From contig CM022669.1 in NCBI GenBank assembly GCA_012295275.1, forward strand, positions 4,960,001 to 5,024,000: a DNA stretch of 64,000 nt. The letters run 5' to 3'. A program made the position numbers and the translations under genes. Below the pieces are notes generated by a model that worked only from the letters and a program-made list of their open reading frames with translations, made no database searches and was not told where the DNA came from. Positions 1 through 64,000 of this stretch are shown here, one piece after another. Positions within the stretch are counted from its first letter, which is position 1. Each line of letters starts with the position of its first letter. This DNA is from Chrysomallon squamiferum (taxonomy: Eukaryota > Animalia > Mollusca).

Positions 1-97
1 CCATTTTAAATATTAATTTTTGTTTTTCTCAAAAAATAATATTGATTTTATATTGTTCTTATTTTTAAATGTAAAAATAAAATTAATTATATATTAA

Positions 98-128
<31 letters not shown>

Positions 129-137
129 AAAGGACCA

Positions 138-615
138 AACCTGCCTCTAAAGGCCACCCAAGCTAAAGAGACTATGTAACCTATGGATGATGTTGTGGGT
201 CACTGTGTCTGACCCTGCTCACCACCACCTGAATGTTTCAGTGTGCCACTCAGCCTGCGATACCACACCCAACATATATGTGACATAAATTACTAAAAAT
301 AAACCATCCTCTCTAGAAAGGGCACCCAAGCAGTCTAACAAGCACTTTTCCCCCATAATGATTTTCAAAAATAAGTAAATAAATAAATAAATTATTAAAT
401 AAATAAATAAATAAATAAGTAAATAATAATAATAACAATAATAATAATAATGATAATAATATTATTATTAATAATAATTTAAAAAAACAATAAAGAAATT
501 ATTTTAAATGTTTTATTTTTTTTTAAAGTAGAATAACTGATCAAAATGGTCATCAAATGTTCGTTCCTCTATAAAGAGGTGGTTGTTATAACAAGATGTC
601 CTTTTTCAGCAGGTT
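138..615. mobile_element. Possible decayed pogo/Tigger-like MITE
   Basis: Left AACCTGCCTCTAAAGGCCACC versus reverse complement of right end AACCTGCTGAAAAAGGACATC (15/21); similar subterminal motifs near 301-326 and 571-590. Confidence 0.35.
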
Positions 616-2512
616 CAGTGGTGTATTCTGCAATGTCATGACAAAAGGAAGCCAATCTCTTTTCAAAGATTTAGTTGTTTTTTTTTTGATGTTTTTTTTG
701 TTACGTTAACTTGCTTATATTTGCCACTCAAGTTAACCCAGTATGGGCTTTGGATCTCACTCATGTGTAAAATGTAAACTATTTCCTTTTGCCGTGGCAA
801 TGCAGTATTATCGCTGAGTAGCTGACTTCAGGTTTCTCATCCTGCTGCGAAAGCAGGGACAAGGGTAACACCAGTATATCAGAGGCAAAATTCACAGGAT
901 GAGAGACTGATCTAGGTTTTTTTTAGTTTTTAACACCTGGCAAATAAGAGTATTTATGACACACATATGTCCAGCATACCACATCTTACATCACATGGTT
1001 TAATACTTCGTATATGTGTCCATAAAGTATTGGTAACAAAATTATAACTTTTCTGTTAAAGTTTTGAATTTAAGTTTACAAATGTTAATGTTTTCAGGAA
1101 CAAAAAAAAAAAAAAAAAAAAAAATTATTAAGGGTAAAAACAGTATAATGCCACTTGAAAAAATGACCAGCAGTTAGTAATAAATAAAAAAATAATTCCT
1201 ATTTCTTTTTTTAAGCATCTTATTTATTATCAAATATTAAAATTTCCACAGGGAAACACTAAATGATTACATGGTGTAACACATTTCTTATATTTTAAAT
1301 ATCAAGTAAAAATTTCACTTAAATGTATAACACATTATACAAATATTCAAAAATTCAAAATGTAATAAATATAGTTTATGTTACCTGTAACATAGAATAA
1401 TTTACATACTGGATGTATTAAAATATTGTATTAATAATAAAAATTGACAAGATTATTTTTAAAATTTTGTACATTCGTTACATAATGGTATATGGAATTG
1501 TAATTAGATAAATAGTTTTGTCAAAATGGAGTGATTTTCAAATTATAACCTTTTTTTTTTTTTTTTTTTTTACAATGACAGACACGTTAAAAACAGAAAA
1601 GACAATTTTACTAAACATGTGATGAGAATGTGATACAGTGTATTACAGTCTGCTACAGTGACACAACAGTTCCAACAGTGATAGAACAGTTCCTGCAGTT
1701 CTGGTTAAATACAATACCCTTCCTTAGTCCTTCCTACCAAAATTAAAATCCGTTGTTTTCACAGATTCAGAGTCAAATTTGGAAGAAAATAACCAGTAGA
1801 TTTTGTTTACTTTTCATTTCTTAAATGCTCAGTCTAGTGGGAGCTTTGTTTTTTTAAAATATGAAATACAGCTGAAAAAGGATTTCATAATGAAAACAGA
1901 AATTCCATTTTGAACTCAGTTTAGAGTGTATAATATATTATTTTTATTTTTACCTAAAACGTAGTGCAATTATTAATGTTATTTAAATATTTTCTTTATA
2001 ATTTTTTATATCAAACCTAAACATACATTCAAATTAAATTAGTAACATTTTTTTTTTATATAAAATATATAAAATCAGGATTTATTATTCCAGTTTGGCA
2101 GAGACTTGTGAAAACAAAGATTAAAAATAATCCATCAAAAACCTCTCTAGAATATGTCAGAATTTCAATACCATTTCTTTCCTAAACTTCAAAATACTCT
2201 TTTGGCAAATTACAAGAGGCAGAAGCAATTTGCACATACAAAAGATACATTCAGTGCTTATTATGTTCAAGTGTGGTTTGTTTGTTTCTGGTTTCAAGGA
2301 TCTGTTATAACTGTTATTATTATCAGTTTTACAAGGCCATAGAAAGTTCTATTATGCTCAACTTATAGCTGCCTGCAGTGTGCACCTAAATTCTGGCTTT
2401 TTATAATCGAGAATGTTAGAGAAATTTTAAAAATTACTCCATAATTTAAATAAGTTGATAATCCTTCTAAAATTTAATAATAATAATAAATACAATTTTA
2501 AAAATTATACAC

Positions 2513-2557
<45 letters not shown>

Positions 2558-3316
2558 TAATAATTTGTAAAGGTTTTCATGCAAGTAAAACATTTTTAAA
2601 ATAAAAGTTAACATATTTAAGACGTATATAATAGCACCTTATAAATCATACAATTTTTATTATTCAAAATTATTTTCATGATGATGGTATGGTAAGAAAA
2701 AAGACAATCAGATTATGAATAATAATTTTCACTTGCAATAAACAGTGTGAGAAAATGCATGATTAAATTAAAGTAAAGACTTCGTTTTCATATTTTATTA
2801 TTCTCAGCTGTGCTAAATACTGATAAAATAGGAAGCAACTTTAAATACACAGACAATAAGGGGCAATTCAGAGCACTTGTAAAAAAGGGAACTAACTCCA
2901 AACACTGATTATAAGGGAACTAACTCTAAGCAGATGGTGAATTTAAAGATTTCTAAAATGTTTTTTGTTGTTGTTTGTTTGTTTATTAATTTATTTATTT
3001 ATTTATTTTACTCCAGAAGAATTATAAATTAAACAAACACAGCCATGGTTTTGTTGGGACAGTTAGCTATTCTTAAAAACACTTTTCTTCTTCAAATAAA
3101 AATTATAATTCATGTGCACTGATGTTATCACAAATGATCACATAAACTTTTTGTTTAAAAATTACTGACAATTATAACATGGCATGATTCTGTATTCAAG
3201 AGAGGTTTAAGTTTAAAAAAAAAAAAACGCAAAATACATGCACAGATCTGTTATTGCTGTGATATGTATATAGATCAGCACGATATGAAAACAAGAAAAA
3301 CAAAAATGTTTATAAT

Positions 3317-57149
<53,833 letters not shown>

Positions 57150-57662
57150 TTTCACACAGATTAAGCCAAACGAGCAGAAATATGCGGTTTAAAACAGCGA
57201 CGCTGGCGCAGAAGCATTCGATCGATGAAATCCACAACCCGCCGTATTCAAGAAGGAGCGGGTCACATGACTGTCAGAGGTCATGGTTTAAATCAGGTGC
57301 TGTTAGCCTGAATTAATTGAGTGTCTCCAAGTCTCTGCAAAATATTGGGTTCATTTATATATTATTTTAAAAGGAAAAGGAGCTACGATATAAATAAATA
57401 TATAAATAAATAAATAAAGGAAGAAATGTTTTATTTAATAAAGCATTATACATAGTAGGTAATCATATTTTTTATATCATCTTTTTAGATTAAGACTTTC
57501 TGTATGAATCCTAAACCCCTGACCTTTGAAATTCAAATTGTTCGAACCTTGCCAGAGGAAAAAAAAAAAAAATAATAATAATAATAATAAATAAATGTAG
57601 GATTGAGCCTGCAAACCGTGCGCCAACAGGCCCACCTTTTTTCCATGTCGGTATCTGTCGTT

Positions 57663-57710
<48 letters not shown>

Positions 57711-58035
57711 TACACACACATATTATTTTTTTATTTCATAAACAAGTATTTTTTGTTATTCATTACTTCAAACTGTATTCTGACATTTGTTGATTATTGT
57801 TGCCTCCACATCATGGGTATCGTAGTTATTTGAATAGCTTAAACATTTCTCAGGCTATAATATGAAAAGAAAAGCAACGTGCACGTTGGGTTTAGGCCAA
57901 GGATGCGAGTTTCGTTTGGCATTGGAATTCCATGCTGAGTCTTCACTCTGAGCCATCTACGTGTATGTCATATCGTCGTCATCATACAGTTAAACTTAAA
58001 TCGCTGTCGGCTTCTTCGATGACGTTGATCGAACA
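57150..58035. promoter_or_regulatory. Divergent promoter region between FRMD5-like and IDNK; extended E-box GTCACATGAC at 57262-57271
   Basis: Two start codons pointing away from each other with 886 bp between them; CpG dinucleotides are concentrated at about 56560-57270 and 57870-58310 and sparse in introns elsewhere. Confidence 0.7.
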
Positions 58036-58073
58036 ATGATCTTCGTTCTGATGGGTGTTTGCGGTTGTGGGAA
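58036..58073 (+). CDS. IDNK: IDNK exon 1 (MIFVLMGVCGCG)
   Basis: acaATG start, Walker A split by intron, donor AA|gtatgc, phase 2. Confidence 0.9.
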
Positions 58074-58383
58074 GTATGCATTTTGCGCCACTTGTGCCAC
58101 GTCTGCAGACAGCGAAGCGTAACGAGGCTAGGCGCACCGATAGGCCCCCAGTGTCCTTACCGTTAGTGTTATGTCACTGTTGAGGGTAGTACCGGCGGCA
58201 CTGCTCGGCTTGTATCGACAACAATACGCGAGTAACACGTGCGACCGGTCTTAATATAGTGCACTAAATAAATTTAGGAACTGTAGACGTGACCCCTTTT
58301 TCTTCGTGTAGCAAACTTAATAAACTGGCCTGAATATTGGATTTGATACTGCAGTGGTTAAACCAGTGTAATAATGATGGATA

Positions 58384-58417
<34 letters not shown>

Positions 58418-58507
58418 TATTATTTTAGTTTTCTCTAGTGTAAAGTGTTTAATGAATAAAAGGGATTTTGTCCAACCCAAATTCAAACAAATTTGTAACA
58501 GATGCCT

Positions 58508-58546
<39 letters not shown>

Positions 58547-59245
58547 CTCAGTATTTCATAATTACCACAACTGAAAAAAAAAAAAAAAAATGATGATTTC
58601 TAATATAAAGTGAGTTTCTGAAATACCCCTAGAACAAACATAATAATTTTCTTGTTAGTTCTGAAAACAAACACCCATGAAGTAGAGTTCAGTTATCCTA
58701 ATTAATTACAACAACCATTTAATGCACTTAACAACAAAAATCAGTTGTTGTCAACACCAACACAAGTGACAGCCTGATTACAGTTAATTAATTTGTACTT
58801 GTGTCTGGGTGTTAATTAACTAAAACAGGAGTTAATTTCAACAGTTTTGAAAATGCTGATTCTGGCAGCGTCATTAAGTGCATTTGATATGGATTTTATT
58901 TGTATTAGATTTTAATTAAGAGTATATATATATGTATGTATATCTATCTATCTATATAGATAGATAGATAGATAGATAGATATACACAGGCTGCTCCAAA
59001 AGTAGGTGGACAGTATGTGGGTTAGGGTTATATTATTATAATGGTATTCATTATAACTATGGTATTTGTGCTATATTATTTAAAATTTTATAACTACAAT
59101 TACTTAAATTTAATCTGTTTTCTTTTCAGATAATCTCAAAAAGTAATCTCAAAATAAATGTTATTATTTACTGTCCACCTACCTTTGGACTACCCTGTAT
59201 ATATATAATTTGTTTTTTCCACTAGGTATTAGGTTTTGCATGCAT

Positions 59246-59283
<38 letters not shown>

Positions 59284-61610
59284 TCAACAAAACCAACATT
59301 TTGAGAAATAAAATTAAAAACAATATTTTTTATTACTATTATGTGGATGTTCAAGAATTCATTGTTACTTTATAATTTCTGATAGTGTCAATGAAATTTA
59401 TTACATTAAAACAATATATTATTTCAGATACATTTTGATCCATTCAGACAATGAAAAATACCTCACAATATGTGGAAAGAAAAAAGTTATTTTTTTCTTT
59501 TTTCTTAGAATAATAAGTGAAATATTTTTAAATGTTCCAGGATAAAACAGAATATATGGAACATTTTAATTCTGTGGAAGAATGATAATTATGTATTATA
59601 AACATTAATGATTTATTTATTTATTTATTTATTTTTAATTTATTTCAGGACAACAGTTGGACAGTTATTGGCAGAAAAGGTAACTGAACTTATATATTAA
59701 AATTCACATTCACATTTATAACTCAACATATTTTACATTAATTAATAGTGATACCTGTAATTCAGTGATTGAAATTAATACAACTTTAAATCAATAATTA
59801 AAGTATTTTATATTAAAAAATAAAACTGTCACATTTATAATTCAGTAATTAACGTGTATGCATTCAAATTAATCTGATTCACAAACTTGCTTGTTCCACC
59901 CATTCAAAATGACATTATATATAAGCCATGATGTCACAACTCTAGTTGCTAAGGCAGCATTCAGATCTTTTTTAGGAGTGTTATTTTATTGTCACACATT
60001 GGTATACTTGATCTTAGGTCCACAAAAACAGTAAAATAATAACTTGTAAGAGTAAGTACTTTTTATTAGAGTATTTATTCATACTAGAACAAGTTCCCTT
60101 TAAAATCTACAGATAAACAAAAACACACAAAGAGAAAACAATTATTGATCTCTGTGATGTTTTCATTCTGAGTGATGTAATAAAATTATAGAGGGTCTCA
60201 CACCACAAAACAGCCTCCCTAATTGTATCTAATTATAGTTAATTGCATATACACTGTGACACCTAAGTATATATAATTGCATCTAATTAAACCCAATTTT
60301 TCCTTTGTTGGTATAGTTATATGTAATTATTACTTTTTGAATGAATATATGATTATGTATCGTAAAATTGGTAATTTGTGTGACCTTTACATGACTGGTT
60401 TATTTTGAGAAAATAATTTTATATATTAACACATTAACATCTTTGTGAATCTATATACAATTATGAAGGAAGAGGTGTTTAATATAACAAAACTTTCAAC
60501 ATATTTTTAATCTATGATAATATGGCATCATACTCAAAAACTGGTTAAATAAATATTTTTATGTTTTAGTTAAATAAACATTATTTTTAATTAAATATTT
60601 TTTCTTTAGCTAAATACATATTAATATTTAAATAAATATTTTGTGCTGTTCAAGTTCAATAAACACATGTATTATTATATTTAAGTTAAAACTTAAATTT
60701 CTTTCAGTTAATATAAATATTTTTATTTTTAAATTAAATGAATATCTTTTTATGTTTTAAGTTAAATAAATGTTCTATATTTTAATTAAATATTTTTTTT
60801 ATTATTTAAGTTGAAATGTTATATCAGTTTCTGGTAAATATTTTTATGTTCAAGTTAAATGTAAAATTTGTTAAATATTTTTATTATTAAGTTTAACCTT
60901 TTTGTGTTTTAGTTAAATAAACATTTTTATATATATATATATATTTCAGTTAAATAAATATTTTTTTATTTAAGCTAAAGTTTATATTGGTGACTTAAAT
61001 ATTTTACTTTAATTTCTGTATTTAACTTAAATATTAAATTTGTTCATTAAATAAATATTTTTGTGTTAAATGTCAAATTTGTTAAATAAATACTTTTTGA
61101 TTTTAATTTTGACAATATTTTTATATTTCAGTTAAACTGCTGTTTTCAAGATGCAGATGAATTTCATTCTGAAGAAAACAAAAGAAAAATGTCTCAGGGC
61201 ATTCCTCTCACTGACCAGGTAATATGTGCTTTGACAATTATTTTCATTCTAGATTAAAAATCAAATGCTAATGCCAATATCTATTAAATCTGAATGCTAC
61301 TTTACAAGACTCAGTTTGTAAAATCAGGTATTACTGATGTAAGGATAAATGTTGCCTAAGTCTGACTGGATCATTTGATACCTGAGAGTTTTTTATATTT
61401 TTATTTTATTCATAAATTATTTGTCACAATTAATAGTTATGTTACTTTAAAAACAAATGGTCACAACACAGAAGTATTTTTACATGTAGAGAATTGTATT
61501 TATAATCATAAGTTTTATACTTCAGTAACTGGAAATTGAAATTTTAGAAAAAACAAATTTATATTTTACTCTTTTTCATTTTAAAATTAAGTACAATTAC
61601 TTTTATTTTA

Positions 61611-61656
<46 letters not shown>

Positions 61657-62083
61657 TTTTATTTTTATTACTGTTTTTATTATTATTATAATTTTTCATC
61701 ATCATCAATGTCATTACTATCATCATCATCATTATTATAATTATTGTTTTTGTTATTACTATTACTGTTGTTTTTATGTAGTTTTTGTCCGAGTGAAATG
61801 ATTGACATTTATGAAAATATTAAAGTACATTATTAAGAATATAACTGTTCATTATTCATGCATAAAAACATAACAGCTCATCGCTTTGGTTATTATATCA
61901 TGTAACCCACTGTTATTGCTTATTAAATCCACTATAAAATAAAAATAAAAAGATTATAATATAAAACTATAGCAAAAGTTTATGTTTGGAAATATTACAA
62001 ACTGTTATGATATATTTCTTTTACCTTAAAAGAATGGAAAATCCTAGAGTTTATTTTGTTCTGTTCTATTCTGTTATTATTAC

Positions 62084-62132
<49 letters not shown>

Positions 62133-63335
62133 TTAATTTAATTTTTAAAATTTATTTTATTTCATGTGGTGATATTTATAAACATCTGTTAATTTATTCT
62201 AATTGAATATTATTAATCCTAGGATTAATTAGCACTAAAATATCTGTTTTCAGGACAGAATTCCATGGCTGGTTGAAATTCACCAGTTTATCAAAGAGTG
62301 AGTAACAATAATTAGTTCATTTCTTAATCAAACATGTTGTCATAGTTGTAGAACTTTTTTTTTTTACATTTTTTATATCACACTAAATATATTTTTAATC
62401 TTCAGTTGTTACTTGACTTGATCCATACAGTTTAAGATAACATAGATTAAAAAAAAAAAATGTGAAACCCACTTATGCCACTCAAAGAGCAACTATCTCT
62501 TTTGACGTAGCAGTAAGTGGAGCTTTATCTGTACCTTCTCACAGACAGACAAATATATATCATAATCTTTGATAAAATAATCATGGGGTACTGGTTTGGA
62601 TGGGAGATAGTGGATTGTAGCTCAGATAATACTTGTGGTGGCTGTGGCTGCAAAAATGTGGATGAGATTGGAGTAGACAAAATATAATAATATCAGTAAG
62701 AAAAAATTTGATGAAACAAGCAGGCTCAGTCTGTATAGAATATGGAAATAATTTATTTTACTATTTATTTATTTAGCTTTTTATTTAATTTTTTACCTGT
62801 ATTTTTAATTTTTATTTATTATCATTTTGTTCATGAAAATATTTATTTATTTATTTATATATTTTAACTTGTTATTTATTTATTATTATTTTTTTTTTTA
62901 ACTTGTTATTTATTTATTTATTTATTTATTTATGTATTCTATTCTGTTTTTTAATTATTATTTATTATCATTTTGTTCATGGATTTATTTATCTATTTAT
63001 TTTACAGATTATATTCATGTCATGAAAACGGAGTTATAGCTTGTTCAGCTTTAAAAAGGATGTACAGAAACGTTCTATTAACGGGGGAGGTAACTCTAAA
63101 AAACTCAGATTCATTAATTAGCTCTGTTCTGTTTGTGTATCTCCATGGTGATCGCAGGGTCTTGGAAGAGCGAATGGTCAGCAGAGAGGGACACTTTATG
63201 CCAGTCACTCTGCTAGACTCACAGCTGGACATATTAGAAGTACCTGGAGAAAATGAACATTCACTGACCATCAACATTGACCAGTCAGTGGACAGTATTG
63301 TTGCATATATTGTATCACATTCTGGAGTTTCTTAA
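58036..63335 (+). CDS. IDNK: Gluconokinase (IDNK/GntK family), 5 exons, 175 aa
   Basis: Exons 58036-58073, 59649-59679, 61132-61218, 62254-62297, 63008-63335 (528 nt, all GT-AG). Motifs: P-loop MGVCGCGKTTVG, DADEFH..EN..KM..GIPLTDQDRIPWL, CSALKRMYR, R.GHFMP..LLDSQL..LE.P. Confidence 0.95.
58987..59197. mobile_element. Tc1/mariner-type MITE (211 bp) in IDNK intron 1
   Basis: CAGGCTGCTCCAAAAGTAGGTGGACAGTA ... TACTGTCCACCTACCTTTGGACTACCCTG|TA; 29-bp imperfect TIR within a TA-rich tract. Confidence 0.85.
59649..59679 (+). CDS. IDNK: IDNK exon 2 (TTVGQLLAEK)
   Basis: tttcag acceptor, gtaact donor, 31 nt; completes GKTT. Confidence 0.92.
60540..61136 (+). repeat. Degenerate AT-rich minisatellite (AGTTAAATAAATATTTTT..) ending at the IDNK exon 3 acceptor
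   Basis: GTTAAATAAA-like anchor recurs at roughly 20-30-bp spacing. Confidence 0.75.
61132..61218 (+). CDS. IDNK: IDNK exon 3 (LNCCFQDADEFHSEENKRKMSQGIPLTDQ)
   Basis: tttcag acceptor, gtaata donor, 87 nt. Confidence 0.93.
62254..62297 (+). CDS. IDNK: IDNK exon 4 (DRIPWLVEIHQFIK)
   Basis: ttttcag acceptor, gtgagt donor, 44 nt. Confidence 0.93.
62464..62610 (-). mobile_element. SINE body fragment in IDNK intron 4
   Basis: GAAACCCACT..GCCAC..CTATCTCTTTTGACGTAGCAGTAAG..CACAGACAG resembles, from memory, an abundant gastropod tRNA-SINE; related pieces near 33640-33790, 57417-57645 and 60465-60550. Confidence 0.5.
63008..63335 (+). CDS. IDNK: IDNK exon 5 (LYSCHENGVIACSALKRMYR...SHSGVS*)
   Basis: tttacag acceptor; matches the C-terminal part of supplied ORF 62973..63335. 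Confidence 0.95.
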
Positions 63336-64000
63336 ATATAATGTATGAAACTGTGTTACAACTGACGTTTTCTTTATTTTGATATAAACAAAAACAATGT
63401 ACTATGTATATCTTTTTACGACATTGCATTTTATAATTTATCTTTTGGCCAAAGTATCATGAATCAAAACACAGCAAAAAAAAAAAAAAAAAAAAAAAAT
63501 AAAAAAATAAAATAAAATAAATAAATAAATAAATAAAGAAGAAAAAGAAGAAAAACCAAAAAAAAAAAAAAACAATCCAAAAACCCCCATGAAGTGTCTT
63601 GCATTGTTTTTCTCAGGAACCACCTAACTCTAGGATCCCTCTATCAGTTACAATGTATAAGCACATATATATATAGCAAAACAAACTGTATTAATAACAC
63701 GTTCCCACATATTGACAAGTCTCTACTCGTGTTCAGTGCATGTCACTTCCCATTACAACAAACATAATTTATGTATAAATACAAGTTTCGGCAATAAATT
63801 AATCCATCTATTTATCAAGTAATCTGTGTTTAACATGTTTAAAGAATTTAAAAAATAGTGTTTTACAGCACTTGTATTGCGAGAGGCAAAGGAAATGACG
63901 TCATAACAGGTGTCATGATTTTCAATGTTATTAACTTAAGAAGTCATCTTAAAAAATATAATAATAAAAGAAAAGATTTTGGATTTCGGTGATCGAAATA

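Overview
AT-rich animal genomic DNA; the SINE fragments suggest a gastropod mollusc (inference). The window holds two complete, divergently transcribed spliced genes, assembled by hand from splice sites and frame continuity. (1) Minus strand: a FERM-domain protein of the FRMD5/FRMD3 family (ATG 57149, stop 3317), with 14 core exons (584 aa: FERM-N/M/C, FERM-adjacent region, low-complexity linker, C-terminal transmembrane anchor), a 27-kb first intron and one GC-AG intron. (2) Plus strand: gluconokinase IDNK (ATG 58036, stop 63335, 5 exons, 175 aa). The start codons are about 0.9 kb apart. The most notable feature, not visible in the ORF track, is two clusters of frame-preserving microexons in the FERM gene: 24, 15 and 6 nt inside the FERM C-lobe, and 18, 27 and 30 nt in the linker. 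Four have TGC just upstream of the acceptor and three have GCATG downstream, suggesting a regulated, possibly neural, microexon program. A 14-nt stop-containing candidate exon could remove the membrane anchor. The introns also carry a decayed piggyBac inserted into a minisatellite TTAA, several MITEs, SINE fragments, many mini/microsatellites and a consensus RFX X-box. Almost all supplied ORFs are microsatellite or AT-rich artefacts.
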